Below, one piece after another: positions 1 to 11,823 of a DNA stretch of 44,700 nucleotides. The stretch's first letter is position 1. Each line of letters starts with the position of its first letter. The DNA comes from Craspedostauros australis (taxonomy: Eukaryota), in NCBI GenBank assembly GCA_030167865.1, contig JALAGF010001873.1, forward strand, positions 1-44,700. Reading direction: 5' to 3'. A program made the translations under genes and the position numbers. The notes beneath the pieces were generated by a model. It did not search any database and was not told the origin of the DNA. It saw only the letters and a list, made by a program, of their open reading frames with translations.

Positions 1-563
1 TGTGTGATGTGTTTTGTGTGATGTGTTTTGTGACGAGCAAAATGTGAGATCATGTCGCAGATGCTAACGTGTATTTAACGTGTACCAAACGAACGACTCC
101 TTCCGGAGCAGGTCCGTGACTGATCACCCGGCGATAAATACTTCGGAACAGCATGGAACCTTCTGAAAAACAACCACGAGTTTCATGGGGTCGACTCATA
201 GGACTTTAGCATATCTTTGACTGTACATAAAACTTAAAAAAGGATATACAACAAAAATCGATCGGTTAATTATTTGTAAGAAGATTATAAGGATTACTAA
301 TATGTGCTTGGTTTGGATCTACTAGATAAAAGTTATTGAGTCCCATGACAAAGTGCAGGTCGACTCACTGATCGGGCTCCTAATACTACTACTACTACTA
401 CGACTATGCGAATACTCGTGGCCATAGCATCGATAACCGCAACTTCATAGCCATACACGCAGTGCATGTGTCGTTGATGGCCTCAGGCAGCATCACTCCG
501 CAGGTCGTACTTCAGCACATCCCACTACGACTACATCCAAGCACCCACCTTTGACGCCGCAAC

Positions 564-3500
564 ATGATACGATTGAAGAGCGCAACGAAGGCCATCTTGC
601 GGCGTGGCGTCCTGTGCAGTCAGTTGCCGCGCGCGATCTCCACATCGACCTCCTATCTCGTCAATACGACTAGGGATGGCGTCAATGCAGTCAACTGCCA
701 TCATCAGAGTCAACCCCATCGACAACATCGACAACAAGGACAACAACAACGACAGCTGCATCTCTCCCCCCGCGAAATCGATCACCTCCAACTGCACAAT
801 GTCGGCCGACTCGCGCAATACCGCTTGGCCCGCGGCGTGCGCCTCAACTATCCGGAGGCCGTCGCGTTGATCACGATGCAGATGATGGAGAAGATCCGCG
901 ACGGCGATCGCACCGTCGCCGATCTCATGACGCTGGGACAGTCCCTGCTGGGCCGCGCCAACGTGCTGCCCGGCGTCGCCGCCATGATCTCCGACATCCA
1001 GGTCGAGGCCACCTTCCCGGATGGCACCAAGCTGCTCACGGTGCATTCGCCCATCGCGGCCTTGCACGGCGATCTCGAAGCCGCGTTGGCCGGCAGCTTT
1101 CTGCCCGTGCCCGCCGAGTTCGACGTCGATGCCGACGAAGCATCCCTCGTGCCGGGCAAGGTCCTGCCCGACGACGACGGCGATGGCATCACGCTCAACG
1201 CCGATCGTCCGCTCGTCGAGGTCTCCGTCACCAACACGGGCGATCGTCCCATCCAGGTCGGTTCGCACTACGCCTTCGTCGAGACGAACAAACACCTCGC
1301 ATTCGATCGCGAGCTGTCCATCGGCAAACGTCTCAATGTGCCATCGGGCGCGTCGGTGCGCTTCGAACCCGGCGAGACCAAGACCGTCACGCTCGTGCAG
1401 ATCGCCGGCAACCAGAAGGTGCTCAGCGGCAATCGTTTGACGGACGGCGTCGCCTCGCCCGATCGCGTCGATGAGATCATGCAGCGAGTTGTCGATGGAG
1501 GATTCCAGCATGCGCCGGCCGCGCAGGCGCCGCAAGGCAAGCCGTTCGTCATCGATCGGTCGTCGTATGCCGACATGGTAAGTGGAGGGAGGTTTGCACG
1601 GAAACGGTGCTGATGATGTTGTTTGCAATGCGGCACATGTGTATGTTCGTCCTTCAATGCAATCGTTCCCCGCGTAACATTGTCATCTCACCACAATTGA
1701 GCATCGTTGCAATCATGCGTTGCTGCTGTTCCCGTTTCTATTCATGCATCTTTCGTCTTGCACTTGCAACTGCAGTATGGACCGACCACGGGCGACAGGG
1801 TCATGCTCGGCGATACTAACCTTTCCATTCGAGTGGAGAAGGATCTCACCCATTATGGTGATGAATGCAAGTTTGGAGGTACGTCTGCCTTGGAGGGAAG
1901 AGATTCATCCCTCTGGTGTTGTGATTGCAGCAGTTCGCAGCGTTCCCATTGTCATCATGTCGTCCTAACATAGTGTGATGTCGCTTTTGTCTACCTTTCT
2001 CTCTCTCACTCCTTCAACCCATCTTCAACATCATACTCATCATGTGCTCTGCTTCTACTCGTACCGCAGGCGGCAAATCGCTGCGAGAAGGCATGGGACA
2101 GGCCACTGGCGTGAGTTCCGCCGATGCCTTGGACACCGTCATCACCAACGCGCTCATCGTCGACTCCGTCACGGGCATCATCAAGGCCGATGTCGGTATC
2201 AAGGGCAACCGCATCGTCGGCATTGGCAAGGCCGGCAATCCGGATATCATGGCCGACGTCGATCCCAACATGATCGTCGGCGCCACGACGGACGTCATCG
2301 CAGGAGAGAAAATGATCCTCACGGCCGGTGGCATCGACACGCATGTGCATTGGATTTGGTGAGTGTTGGTACTCTATCGCGTTGCGTTGAGTCTATTTGC
2401 ATTGCGCTTGAATCACGATGTCGCTCGATTCCTGATTGTTGCTGCTTGCAACACTCCAACTTCTCACACCATTCCATCCAATCTTGCCCAACCGTCGTCA
2501 CCGCCATTGCCATCAACAGCCCACAACAAATCGAAGATGCCATCGCATCCGGTCTGACGACCATGTTTGGTGGAGGAACCGGCCCCTCAGCAGGAACTTC
2601 CGCCACGACATGCACACCAGCGCCATCGCAAGTCGAGATGATGCTGCAGGCCACAGACAAGTACCCGTTGAATTTCGGTTTCTCCGGCAAGGGAAACACG
2701 AGCGATCCCAAGGTGCTGGAGGATGTCCTCAATTCTGGAGCGGCAGGATTCAAGCTGCATGAGGATTGGGGGACAACGCCATCGGCGATTGATGCCTGTT
2801 TGGATTTTGCGGAGGAGAATGACGTTGCCATCACGATCCACACCGATACCCTCAACGAATCCGGCTTTGTGGATGACAGCATTGCAGCGATGAAGGGCAG
2901 GACAATCCACACGTATCACACGGAGGTAAGCTATGTGCATCTTCAAACAGTTGCGATTGCGCAGCCACATTGTGTGAAAGCGGAACCACACCGCAATGGT
3001 ATGCTCAATGATTCTCACTCTAACGTGATCGGCACGCACTCAAATTCAACCATTCATTTACAAAACGCGTAACACACAACACACACATAACAGGGAGCCG
3101 GAGGCGGACACGCGCCCGACATCATCAAGATCGTCCAAGAACCGTACGTTCTCCCGAGTTCCACCAACCCCACCCGCCCCTACACCGTGAACACCATGGA
3201 CGAACATCTGGACATGCTGATGGTGTGCCATCACTTGGACTCCTCCATCCCCGAGGACATCGCATTCGCAGAATCGCGAATCCGGGCGGAAACCATCGCG
3301 GCCGAAGACATCCTGCACGACATGGGCGCCATCTCGATGATCTCATCCGACTCGCAGGCCATGGGACGCGTCGGCGAAGTGATCACAAGAACATGGCAAA
3401 CGGCCGACAAGATGAAATTGCAGCGCGGGGCGTTGGATGAGGACGCCGCCAACGAAGACGACAACTTCCGCGTGAAGCGGTACCTCGCCAAATACACCAT

Positions 3501-3972
3501 CAACCCCGCCATCACGCACGGCATGTCCCACATGATCGGTTCCATCGAGGTCGGCAAGATGGCGGACCTCGTGCTGTGGAAGCCCGGATTCTTCGGCTCC
3601 AAGCCGGACATGATCGTGAAGGGCGGCACGATCGCATGGGCGCAGATGGGCGACCCCAACGCCAGCATCCCGACCCCGCAGCCCGTGAAGATGCGGCCCA
3701 TGTTCGGCGCGACGTCGTGGAATGATCATTCCGTGGCCTTCGTGAGCCAGGCAGCCGCCGACCGTGGCATCGGAGAACGGCTTGGATTGCAAAAGCTCGT
3801 GGCCCCGATCTCGGGCTGCCGCGGCGTGACGAAGAAGGATCTGATCCTGAACGATGCGACGCCCAACATGGAGGTGAACCCCGAAACGTTCGAGGTGAAG
3901 GCCGATGGCGAGGTGCTGCAGTGCGAGCCCGTCACGAAGGTTCCATTGGCGCAGCAGTTCTTCTTGTTCTAA
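564..3972 (+). CDS. URE: Urease (single-chain gamma-beta-alpha), 5 exons: 564-1577, 1776-1878, 2070-2358, 2520-2925, 3094-3972; 896 aa with an N-terminal transit-peptide-like extension
   Basis: Gamma subunit motifs HLSPRE...[12 protein letters not shown] and [12 protein letters not shown]; beta motifs [13 protein letters not shown] and SVRFEPG; alpha Ni-site motifs [53 protein letters not shown]. Four GT-AG introns join the exons in frame (2691 nt). Confidence 0.97.
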
Positions 3973-4675
3973 GAATGATTGTCCTCTGGAGGCAGAAGGG
4001 GTTGCTGCGGTGGTCCATGCCGATGTCCATGTCCATTTCCATTGCTGGTCTGTTGCTTTTGTTTAGATTCATGTCGATACTAACGTCGAAGCCTCTGCTC
4101 GTATGGTACCATAGTTTACTTGAGCTGATTATACTATCATAATTGCGAATACTCTGCATGCGCTGTTATTGTGGAATATTCGTATGGTAGTACGCTACAA
4201 TTCCCCCAACAATATATGTTTTCGGGAACATGACTCGATTAGTTTCGATAGCCTACGCGGATACGCTGGTTTGTGCCAGTCCTGGTTGGGAAATGATTCC
4301 CGCGTGGAGCCGTTGAGTCATCGCAGTCACTTTCGGGAGGCGAAAAAGGAACACGCTGTTGGACCACGAACAACAACACGCTCAAAAGACAGCAAAAAGA
4401 CCCGCCACAAATGCATTGTCAGGTTGCAGACACAACAGAGAGCAGAGAGACCTCAAACAGGATCGGAGCCTCATACCCGCAGCTCACAACAGAACCAGCA
4501 GAGAGCCCAAAGCATTGCGACAGTGCTGAGTTGAAAAGGAGAATAGTTGCTCATATCTTCTAGTACGAGCAGATTCCAATACGACTACGACTGAGTCTGG
4601 CAGGACAAGGCATCCACTGCGGAGACCAATCCGAACAAGAGGATAGAACGCAAAACCTTCGTGATCTTCACCACA

Positions 4676-4729
4676 CACAGACACTGATACTGGCACAGAC
4701 ACTGATACTGGAACTGGTACTGATACTGG
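4676..4729 (+). repeat. 18-bp tandem repeat (cacagacactgatactgg x2 plus one degenerate copy) just upstream of the TM9SF start codon
   Basis: Units read directly at 4676-4693, 4694-4711 and 4712-4729. Confidence 0.8.
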
Positions 4730-4762
4730 TAGAGCCACAAGTGAAGACAAGAGCAAATCACC

Positions 4763-7434
4763 ATGACCCGCTTCCTGCTTTCCGTCGTGGGGGCCACGTT
4801 GATGGCTGCCACTGGCACTGAAGCATTCTACCTTCCGGGAGCCAACCCGCGCTCGTACACAGAGAATGACGAGTAAGTAGCCATTTTGGCGGAATGATGT
4901 CGATTGGATCAGTCATGGTCACGCACCATGGCGTATGGCTCGAGTGGATGGAATAGGAGACACCTTGCAGGAGATGGCTGCAACAGAGCGATGGAGGCGA
5001 GCAAGCAATCAATCCATGTCTCCGGGCCTGGCTCAGGCAGCACTACCGCGGACTCAAATGCCAATCGTGGAAACTGGTTGAGATGGCCATGGCGAATTCT
5101 CAGCTCGTCGTCGTCGCCGTTCCTGGAAATGGTCTCTGCTTCATTCGATCCCACTTCATGTGACTCGCGATGTGCTGTATCTGTGCTGTATCTGTGGCAA
5201 GCAGCCAGCTCACTCACACAAATGATGGTTCTCTGCCTTGCACTCCGTTCCATTTCATTCATATTCCGCACAACTCTGCCGTTCCACTCCTTCGGCTGAA
5301 ATACCAATCCACATCATCATTTCCACCATCAATTTACTGCCATCTACAATGCCACCCTGCGCTGCCAACCTACGCTCTACCCTACTCTACTTGAATGCGT
5401 TTCTCTGAACCATGCGTTGTTCAACTTTCGTCTACATCCGACCAACCACGACAACCATCAACCAATGCCATTCATACATACATACTCTATTGATATCGGT
5501 CCTGCTCCTGTGAACAACGACGCTTTCACAATCGCTAACCAAACCCACCAACAAACACTCACAACAACAGGGTCGATCTGCATGTCAACAAGATCACATC
5601 TTCGAAGACGCTGCTACCGATCGAGTTCTACAAGCTTCCATTCTGCAGACCAGACGGAAAAATCCAGCACGAAGACGAAAATCTGGGAGAGTTCCTGGCC
5701 GGAGATCGTATCGAAAACTCGCCCTACAAGCTCAACATGAAGAAGGACAAATACTGCGCGCATCTTTGCGGCAACGTCAACCTCGGAAACCAAGAAAGGA
5801 AGGGCGTCAAGCCAAACAAGATGGTGCGGGCCATCCGACAGCAGTACCACAACAACTGGATCGTGGACAACCTCAACTCCGCCAGCAGGACGGAGACCGA
5901 CGACAACGAAGTCACCAGATACTGGCAGGGTTTCCCTCTCGGATTCGTCTCGGACGATGATGATAAGGCCTACATCCACAACCACGTCAACCTGGAAATC
6001 AGCTACCATCAGGTCGAGGACCGGAAAGACAAATTCCGCATCGTCAAGTTCGTCGTGGAGCCATTCTCGATCAAGCACACGTACGAACGTGAGGACAGCC
6101 CTACGGAGGCGCCCATCTACAAGCTCAAAAACCCAATTGAATCTTGCCAGGATGGCAGCAAGACTCACACATCCTACGAGATGGTGGTCCAGGCCGGACA
6201 CATCCCGCAGGAGGCATTCGGACCCGTCCTCTTCACCTACGATGTCATCTGGTTGGAGGACCCCAAGACGCACTGGGCGTCGCGATGGGATGTCTACCTC
6301 TCCATGGACAACGCCATCCCGGCCCGCGTGCACTGGCTCTCCATCCTCAACTCCCTCGTCATCGTCTGCGTCCTCAGCGCCATGATCATCTCCGTCCTCG
6401 TCGGCAACCTGCGTAAGGACCTCGCCCGTTACAACCGCGTCCCAACCGACGAGGAGAAGGCCGAGGAGCTCGAGGAACGCGGCTGGAAGCTCGTCCACGC
6501 CGATGTCTTCCGCACCCCATCCTTCTCCCCGATGGCCCTCAGTATTGCGTGCGGAACCGGCGCGCAGCTCCTATGCATGGCCTTCTGGACCATCATCTTC
6601 TCCGCCATGGGCTTCCTCAGCCCAGCAAAGCGCGGTGCGCTCTTCATGGCGGAGCTTCTCTTCTTCGTCCTCATGGGTTTCGTCAACGGTTACGTCACGG
6701 CTCGTCTCTACAAGAACCTCAAGGGCAAGGCCTGGCAACGTGCCACCTTGGCCACCGCCCTCGGCTTCCCAGGTCTCTCCTTCTTCCTCTTCTTCGCCAT
6801 GGACATCATGGCATGGTCGATGGGATCCTCGGATGCCGTGCCCTTCACCACCATGCTCGTCCTCATCATCATGTGGTTCGGAATCTCCGTCCCGCTCGTC
6901 TTCGCCGGTGCCTTCTTCGGTTACAAGGCGGAGATCATCGAATTCCCTGTCAAGACCTCCAACATCCCACGCCAGATTCCTGACCAACCGTGGTTCATGG
7001 GTGCTCCGTTCACCATGATGATCGGCGGCATCCTCCCCTTCGGCGCCTGCTTCGTCGAGCTCTACTTTATCATGGCCTCCGTCTGGAATGAGTACTACTA
7101 CTACGTCTTCGGGTTCCTGCTCGTCGTCTTCGTCATCCTCATCATCACGTGCGCCGAGATCACCCTCCTCTTCACCTACTTCCAGCTCTGCAACGAGGAC
7201 TATCACTGGTGGTGGAGGTCCTTCTGCACCGCCGGCAGCACCGCCATCTACGTCTTCTTGCACAGCATCGTCTACTTCAAGACACTCGGGGCCAACTCGC
7301 TCGCTACCTACCTCCTCTACTTTGGGTACATGGGATTGGCCAGCTTGGGACTTTTCCTCATGACGGGATCCATCGGATTCTTCGCCTCGCTCTGGTTCAA
7401 CCTCACCATCTTTGGTTCGCTCAAGGTGGATTAA
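4763..7434 (+). CDS. TM9SF: Transmembrane 9 superfamily (nonaspanin/EMP70) protein; exons 4763-4872 and 5571-7434; 657 aa
   Basis: Signal peptide followed by FYLPG; LPFC, ENLGEFLAGDRIENSPY, WASRWDVYL, HWLSILNS, GWKLVHADVFR, GGILPFGACFVELYFI, EDYHWWWRSF and the C-terminal IFGSLKVD. Intron 4873-5570 (gtaagt...aacag) restores the frame. Confidence 0.95.
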
Positions 7435-7785
7435 GTGTGATGATTTGCACGAAATAGCGTAAGGCGGTGTCATGCAAATGACAGATCGAGCATACATTAG
7501 CAGTATCCATTCTTAACGAAGAGTCTCCAGAATCTAGACTATCACTTTGTGCAGCACTCCGGGTGGTGCAGATCATTGCGGCATGGACATGACGTCGCGA
7601 CTGATGATGGATGGTATGCAGCAGTTGGTATTGCCATGTCCGCAATTCCATTGGAGCATTCTCAAATGACTCTAATTCTGATCGCGGAACTATCGAATTG
7701 AACAACAGTAACACAACACACCCTCATAAGTACAATGCGTAATGTAAATCAATACAATACAATACTCTACTCGTACAATAGATGG

Positions 7786-10005
7786 TTAATACGGTTCATC
7801 GGGATTGTTGGCCAGCGCCGCACCATGGAATTCTTCATTGTCCTCGTCATCTTCATCGACGCTGACCCAATCAATGTCCATGGCTTCCTCCTCCTTAACT
7901 TCTTCCTCCATGGCGAGACGGTTGTAATCGATGCAGGCGAAGCGATCCCAGTCGGTCTCGAACTCGTCCTCGCGCTTCTGACGTTCGACGAAGGGATCGC
8001 GCTGTTCGAACATGAGGTACTTGTTGAGGTTGAAGAGGGCATCGAAGAGTGCGCCGCTGACGGATGCGCATTCGGTCTGCAGGAAGTCCTCGACGATGAG
8101 GTGGTCCGTGGTCTTGGGCTTGATCATGTCCATCATCTGGCACAGCATGTCCTCGAAGGGGACGATCTCGTGGCCCATGCATTGCATGCGGTGGAGCTGG
8201 ACGGCGTAGAACGATCGCATCTCCATGTTATTGAGCTTGCCGTCACCATCCACGTCGACGCATGTGAACCAATACCGCACGGATATTTCGTTGGCCTTGT
8301 CTTCCTCTGCATGATGTTCAGTTTCAGTTTAGTTTGCGTTGTTGGATAATAATTATTCGTTGGATGGAGAGTTGGTCGCAATACCAAAAGACAGTGACGA
8401 TTGATGGTTGTGAGAAGACTCAATGAATGCGATGCAACACCATAACAAAGCACATGCGCATACGCAACAAAGCAATCCACAACACCTGGCAGCACAAGAC
8501 AGCACAAGACAGCAACACAGCACACGTACCACTGAGCATGAAGTAAATGAAATCTTCGTAGGAGAGATACTCCCGATCCACACGTTCATTTTCAAAGGGC
8601 CTGGGTGCCGCATCAAAGATACGGTCGACGATCATATGCGAGAGGGAATGATCGCCGTACTTGAGAAGATCTTCCCTCGTGATCTTGTAATCCCGATCAT
8701 GATCCAATTCCCAGAAACGGCAGTAAAGGACGTAGAAGTGTTCGTAGGAGAAGTACCTCGTGACCTTGTTGATGTCCTCCTCCTCGTCGACGAGCTGGAA
8801 TGCCTCGAGGAGGTCGGAACGTCGGATCTGCCTGGATGTGATGCGTCCGGAGTGGCATCGATTGACGGAGTAGAAGATGCGCGTGATGACGGTGACGGCG
8901 TACTTTTCTTGGAATTCAGCGTGGTTGGTAAGGAATTCCAGACCCTGTCGTTGTCGTTGTCATTGTCAATGGTAGTGGTGGAATGCACGTGGGCGTTGAG
9001 ATCGTGGAAATTAGTGAGTTGGTTGGACATGCATGAACAAAAGTACACCATGCTCATACAATGCCAATGTAATGCCCATACAAATACCACCAAACCCAAT
9101 GAACCCAATGAACCCAATGCAGTAACCGACCAAGCAAGCACAGAACAGAAAAGAAAGGCACGTACCGGATGATCATTGAGCAATGCCTTAATGAATGGCA
9201 AGAAATCATCTCTCACAATCGAATCATGATGCGGTTGCTTGACCAACCGAAAGAATCGTTCCGACGCATCGTAGGGTTCCATCTCGGTATCCCAGTACCA
9301 CTCTAGCATCTTGGTGGTGACGACCGTGGCTTGCGGCTGCCGCGTGGCGTACGAATGCGTGGCATTCCAGCGATGCAGAATGCGCTCGTACAATGGCTGG
9401 TTGAAGAAGGATGGAAAGCGGAACACCTCCTTCGTGATGCGCACGAATCCTTCCAGCGTCAAGAACGGCTCGGGCTGCTGCGGCATCGTCTGTCCATGTT
9501 CATTCATGATGAGCTGCACCTGATCGCGCACGCACATGGGCGGGGCGGACGGCGCATCCAGGGCTGCCGTGCCATCCGTCGCCGTGCGATCGATCTGCAA
9601 CGGCGGCGGCTCGCTGTTGGCGTCGTTGTCGTCCGAGGCCGCCGCGTCCTTCTTGGGCATGTCGCCCGTCAGGATCAGGGCCTCCGGCGGCAGCGGATTC
9701 CAGGTGTCGGCCTGCCGCGGGAAGCTCCTTCGCCGCGTGAGCTTCTTGCCCAGCGGCGTGACCAGCGGATAGAACGGCGGGATCACGATCTGCTTCTTCT
9801 TGTCGTTGCTGCTGCTGCCGTTGTTGTTGTAGTCCTCCTTCTCCTCATCGTCCGGCACGTCCTGCGACTGCGCGGCTGCTGCCTTCTGCTCTGCTGCAGC
9901 CACCTCCTGGTACTGCTCAATCAGCCGCAGCGCATTCTCGTACACCGCGTCGCTGCCCAACCACGAGACGAGCAGCTCGTCCATCTTCACGGTTGCGATC
10001 GTCAT
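7786..10005 (-). CDS. Protein phosphatase 2A regulatory subunit B'' (EF-hand type); exons 10005-9166, 8944-8530, 8306-7786; 591 aa
   Basis: IPPFYP, HPGLEFL...[87 protein letters not shown] introns 9165-8945 and 8529-8307. The start ATG sits in a gccaccATG context. Confidence 0.93.
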
Positions 10006-11421
10006 GGTGGCGTCGTTCTTTCCGTTGCTGCTATTGCTATTGGCGTCAAAGTTGCTTCCGATGCTGGTGTTGGTTGCCAGTCCTTCCAATCTGTCTTTGC
10101 TCCACCTGCATCTCTGTTTCTGTGCAGGCAACCTCTCCAAAGAAAAACAAACCACGCCATGGTGGGACTTTTTTCAATTTTGAATGTGTCGTGTCGCTCA
10201 ACGTGGGCTAATTCCTTCGAAACTATGTTTACAGTATCCGGCGTGTGTGCTTTTGGTGCCATCTCGAACTTGGCTGTTTCTCCCGAATGTTGGCTGGTTC
10301 CGAGTCTCCTCCTCCTCATCATCATCATAGTCGTAGATGTTCTGGCGCTGGGAGTCATCAATGAGCACATGGACAAGAGAGTATGCGCTGAGTATTGGCA
10401 TGCATAGCCAACCAAGTTTCTGCCGAGTACAATCAAGCAACAGTTGCAGGTGTCTTTGTGAGCTGTTAATTTTCTCTCTATTGATTGTTGCTCTCCACCT
10501 AACTATGGAAGTAGCTGTTGCGTTACTGTTATCATCATCATCATCGTTTGTATCTTTTGTGCACACTTGCGCCTGTGTACCATACCATCCCCCCATCCGC
10601 CAATCACTCAACTCGAGATTTGTCATCTTGCCGCCTCCACGTTTTGTTCCTGGATGCTCTCGTTGTTGTTGTTGTTGCTTTGATTGATCTGTGTGCCTCA
10701 CACGAGCGAAGCAAGGATGGGTCTCACGAGGTCGGTGAAGCTACATGCCCCAGTTGCATACTGTGCGTATAGCAGCTCCGTCCATCAGCCGTCCTGCCTT
10801 TGTTGTCGTCGTAGTGGTGAAGAAGTCGTTGTTTGCATCGCTCAGTGCTTCGCGTTATCCCGGCTGAAGAACAGTTGGGGGGTGGCTTCGCCCTGCTTCG
10901 CGAAGTCGTGGTTGACTTCCTTGCACCTTGATGTGATCAAACTTGAATCGGGAAGGTTCCGAAAAGAACTTGGCTGATGTCGTGATTGGTGTCTTGGATG
11001 GCTTTGTGTGTGCCAGGAATGTTAAACAGTGACGTTGTTCTTGTTGGTGATGGTGATCGTGATCACGGTGATGTTGTTGTTGATGTTGTTGTGGATGTTG
11101 TTGTTGATGATGATGATGGTCGCACGCTTCACGGGTATTCAGTTCTCTATCGTACACGTACACGTACATTGTGTTGTTTGCGTTCTTCATGGTTGCTTGT
11201 TGTTGTTGTTGTGGGTGTGCTGCTCTTCTTCAATCGCCCGTCGGTTCGTCTGTGCGTTTCGTCCTCCATCCATCTCTCCATTCAATACCTGTTCCCATTC
11301 CATCTCCTCTCGTCTCTCTTTGTACATCCGTTCCGCCTCCTTCATCCTGCTCGTTTCTCCCTCCCTCGTCCTCTCGCTGTCTCTGGCCTGAGCTGCACGC
11401 CACACCTCCACTCGCACGCTC

Positions 11422-11823
11422 TTACTGCGACAGCAGATCGTCGTTGTCCCCCTCGTCTTCACTGCGGCTGTTGACTTGTCTCACGACCGACTCTTCATCG
11501 AACAGGAACTGCTGGCACTGCTCCACAGCTGGTTTGCTCGTGGTGTCCAGAACCTTGAAGAGATCGTCCAGCGTGCGGCCTTCGACAGCGGCTGTGCTGG
11601 CCATCACGACCTTGTACTGCTCGACGACGTGCTCGTATTCTACCTGCTTGTCGCAGTACACCGTGCACATGTTGCAGTTCTTCAGGAAGAGGTTGTTGGC
11701 GGCTGTGGCGGCTCTCACTATGGTCTCCATCATGCTGCGGTCATCGCTGTGGACGGCGTCGTTGGCGGCTTGCATCATCATGCTGGGCTGCGCGGTTGAT
11801 TGCTGTTGCTGTTGCTGGTTCAT
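11422..11823 (-). CDS. Hypothetical protein, 133 aa
   Basis: ATG-initiated ORF whose C/G-ending codon usage resembles the neighbouring genes. It has a poly-Q start and a helical-looking core. No family recognised. Confidence 0.5.
   Translation of the reverse strand: MNQQQQQQSTAQPSMMMQAANDAVHSDDRSMMETIVRAATAANNLFLKNCNMCTVYCDKQVEYEHVVEQYKVVMASTAAVEGRTLDDLFKVLDTTSKPAVEQCQQFLFDEESVVRQVNSRSEDEGDNDDLLSQ

Noticed and set aside
1..85. Short direct repeats (tgtgtgatgtgtttt x2; taacgtgta x2)
   Set aside because: Only two copies each and no spacers, so not CRISPR-like or telomeric. Typical slippage repeats.
130..440. GATAA motifs upstream of urease as nitrogen-responsive GATA sites
   Set aside because: A 5-mer is expected by chance in AT-rich DNA, and there is no evidence that fungal-type GATA control applies.
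531..1628. 365-aa antisense ORF over urease exon 1 (and similar long antisense ORFs at 5614-6498, 6571-7497, 9331-10407, 23339-24427, 31570-32301, 36499-37521)
   Set aside because: These are shadow ORFs produced by the C/G-ending codon bias of the real gene on the other strand. They have no recognisable motifs.
11187..11462. Charged, coiled-coil-looking ORF overlapping the end of the 133-aa gene
   Set aside because: No ATG at its listed start, and it derives from GA-rich simple sequence that is most likely 3' UTR.
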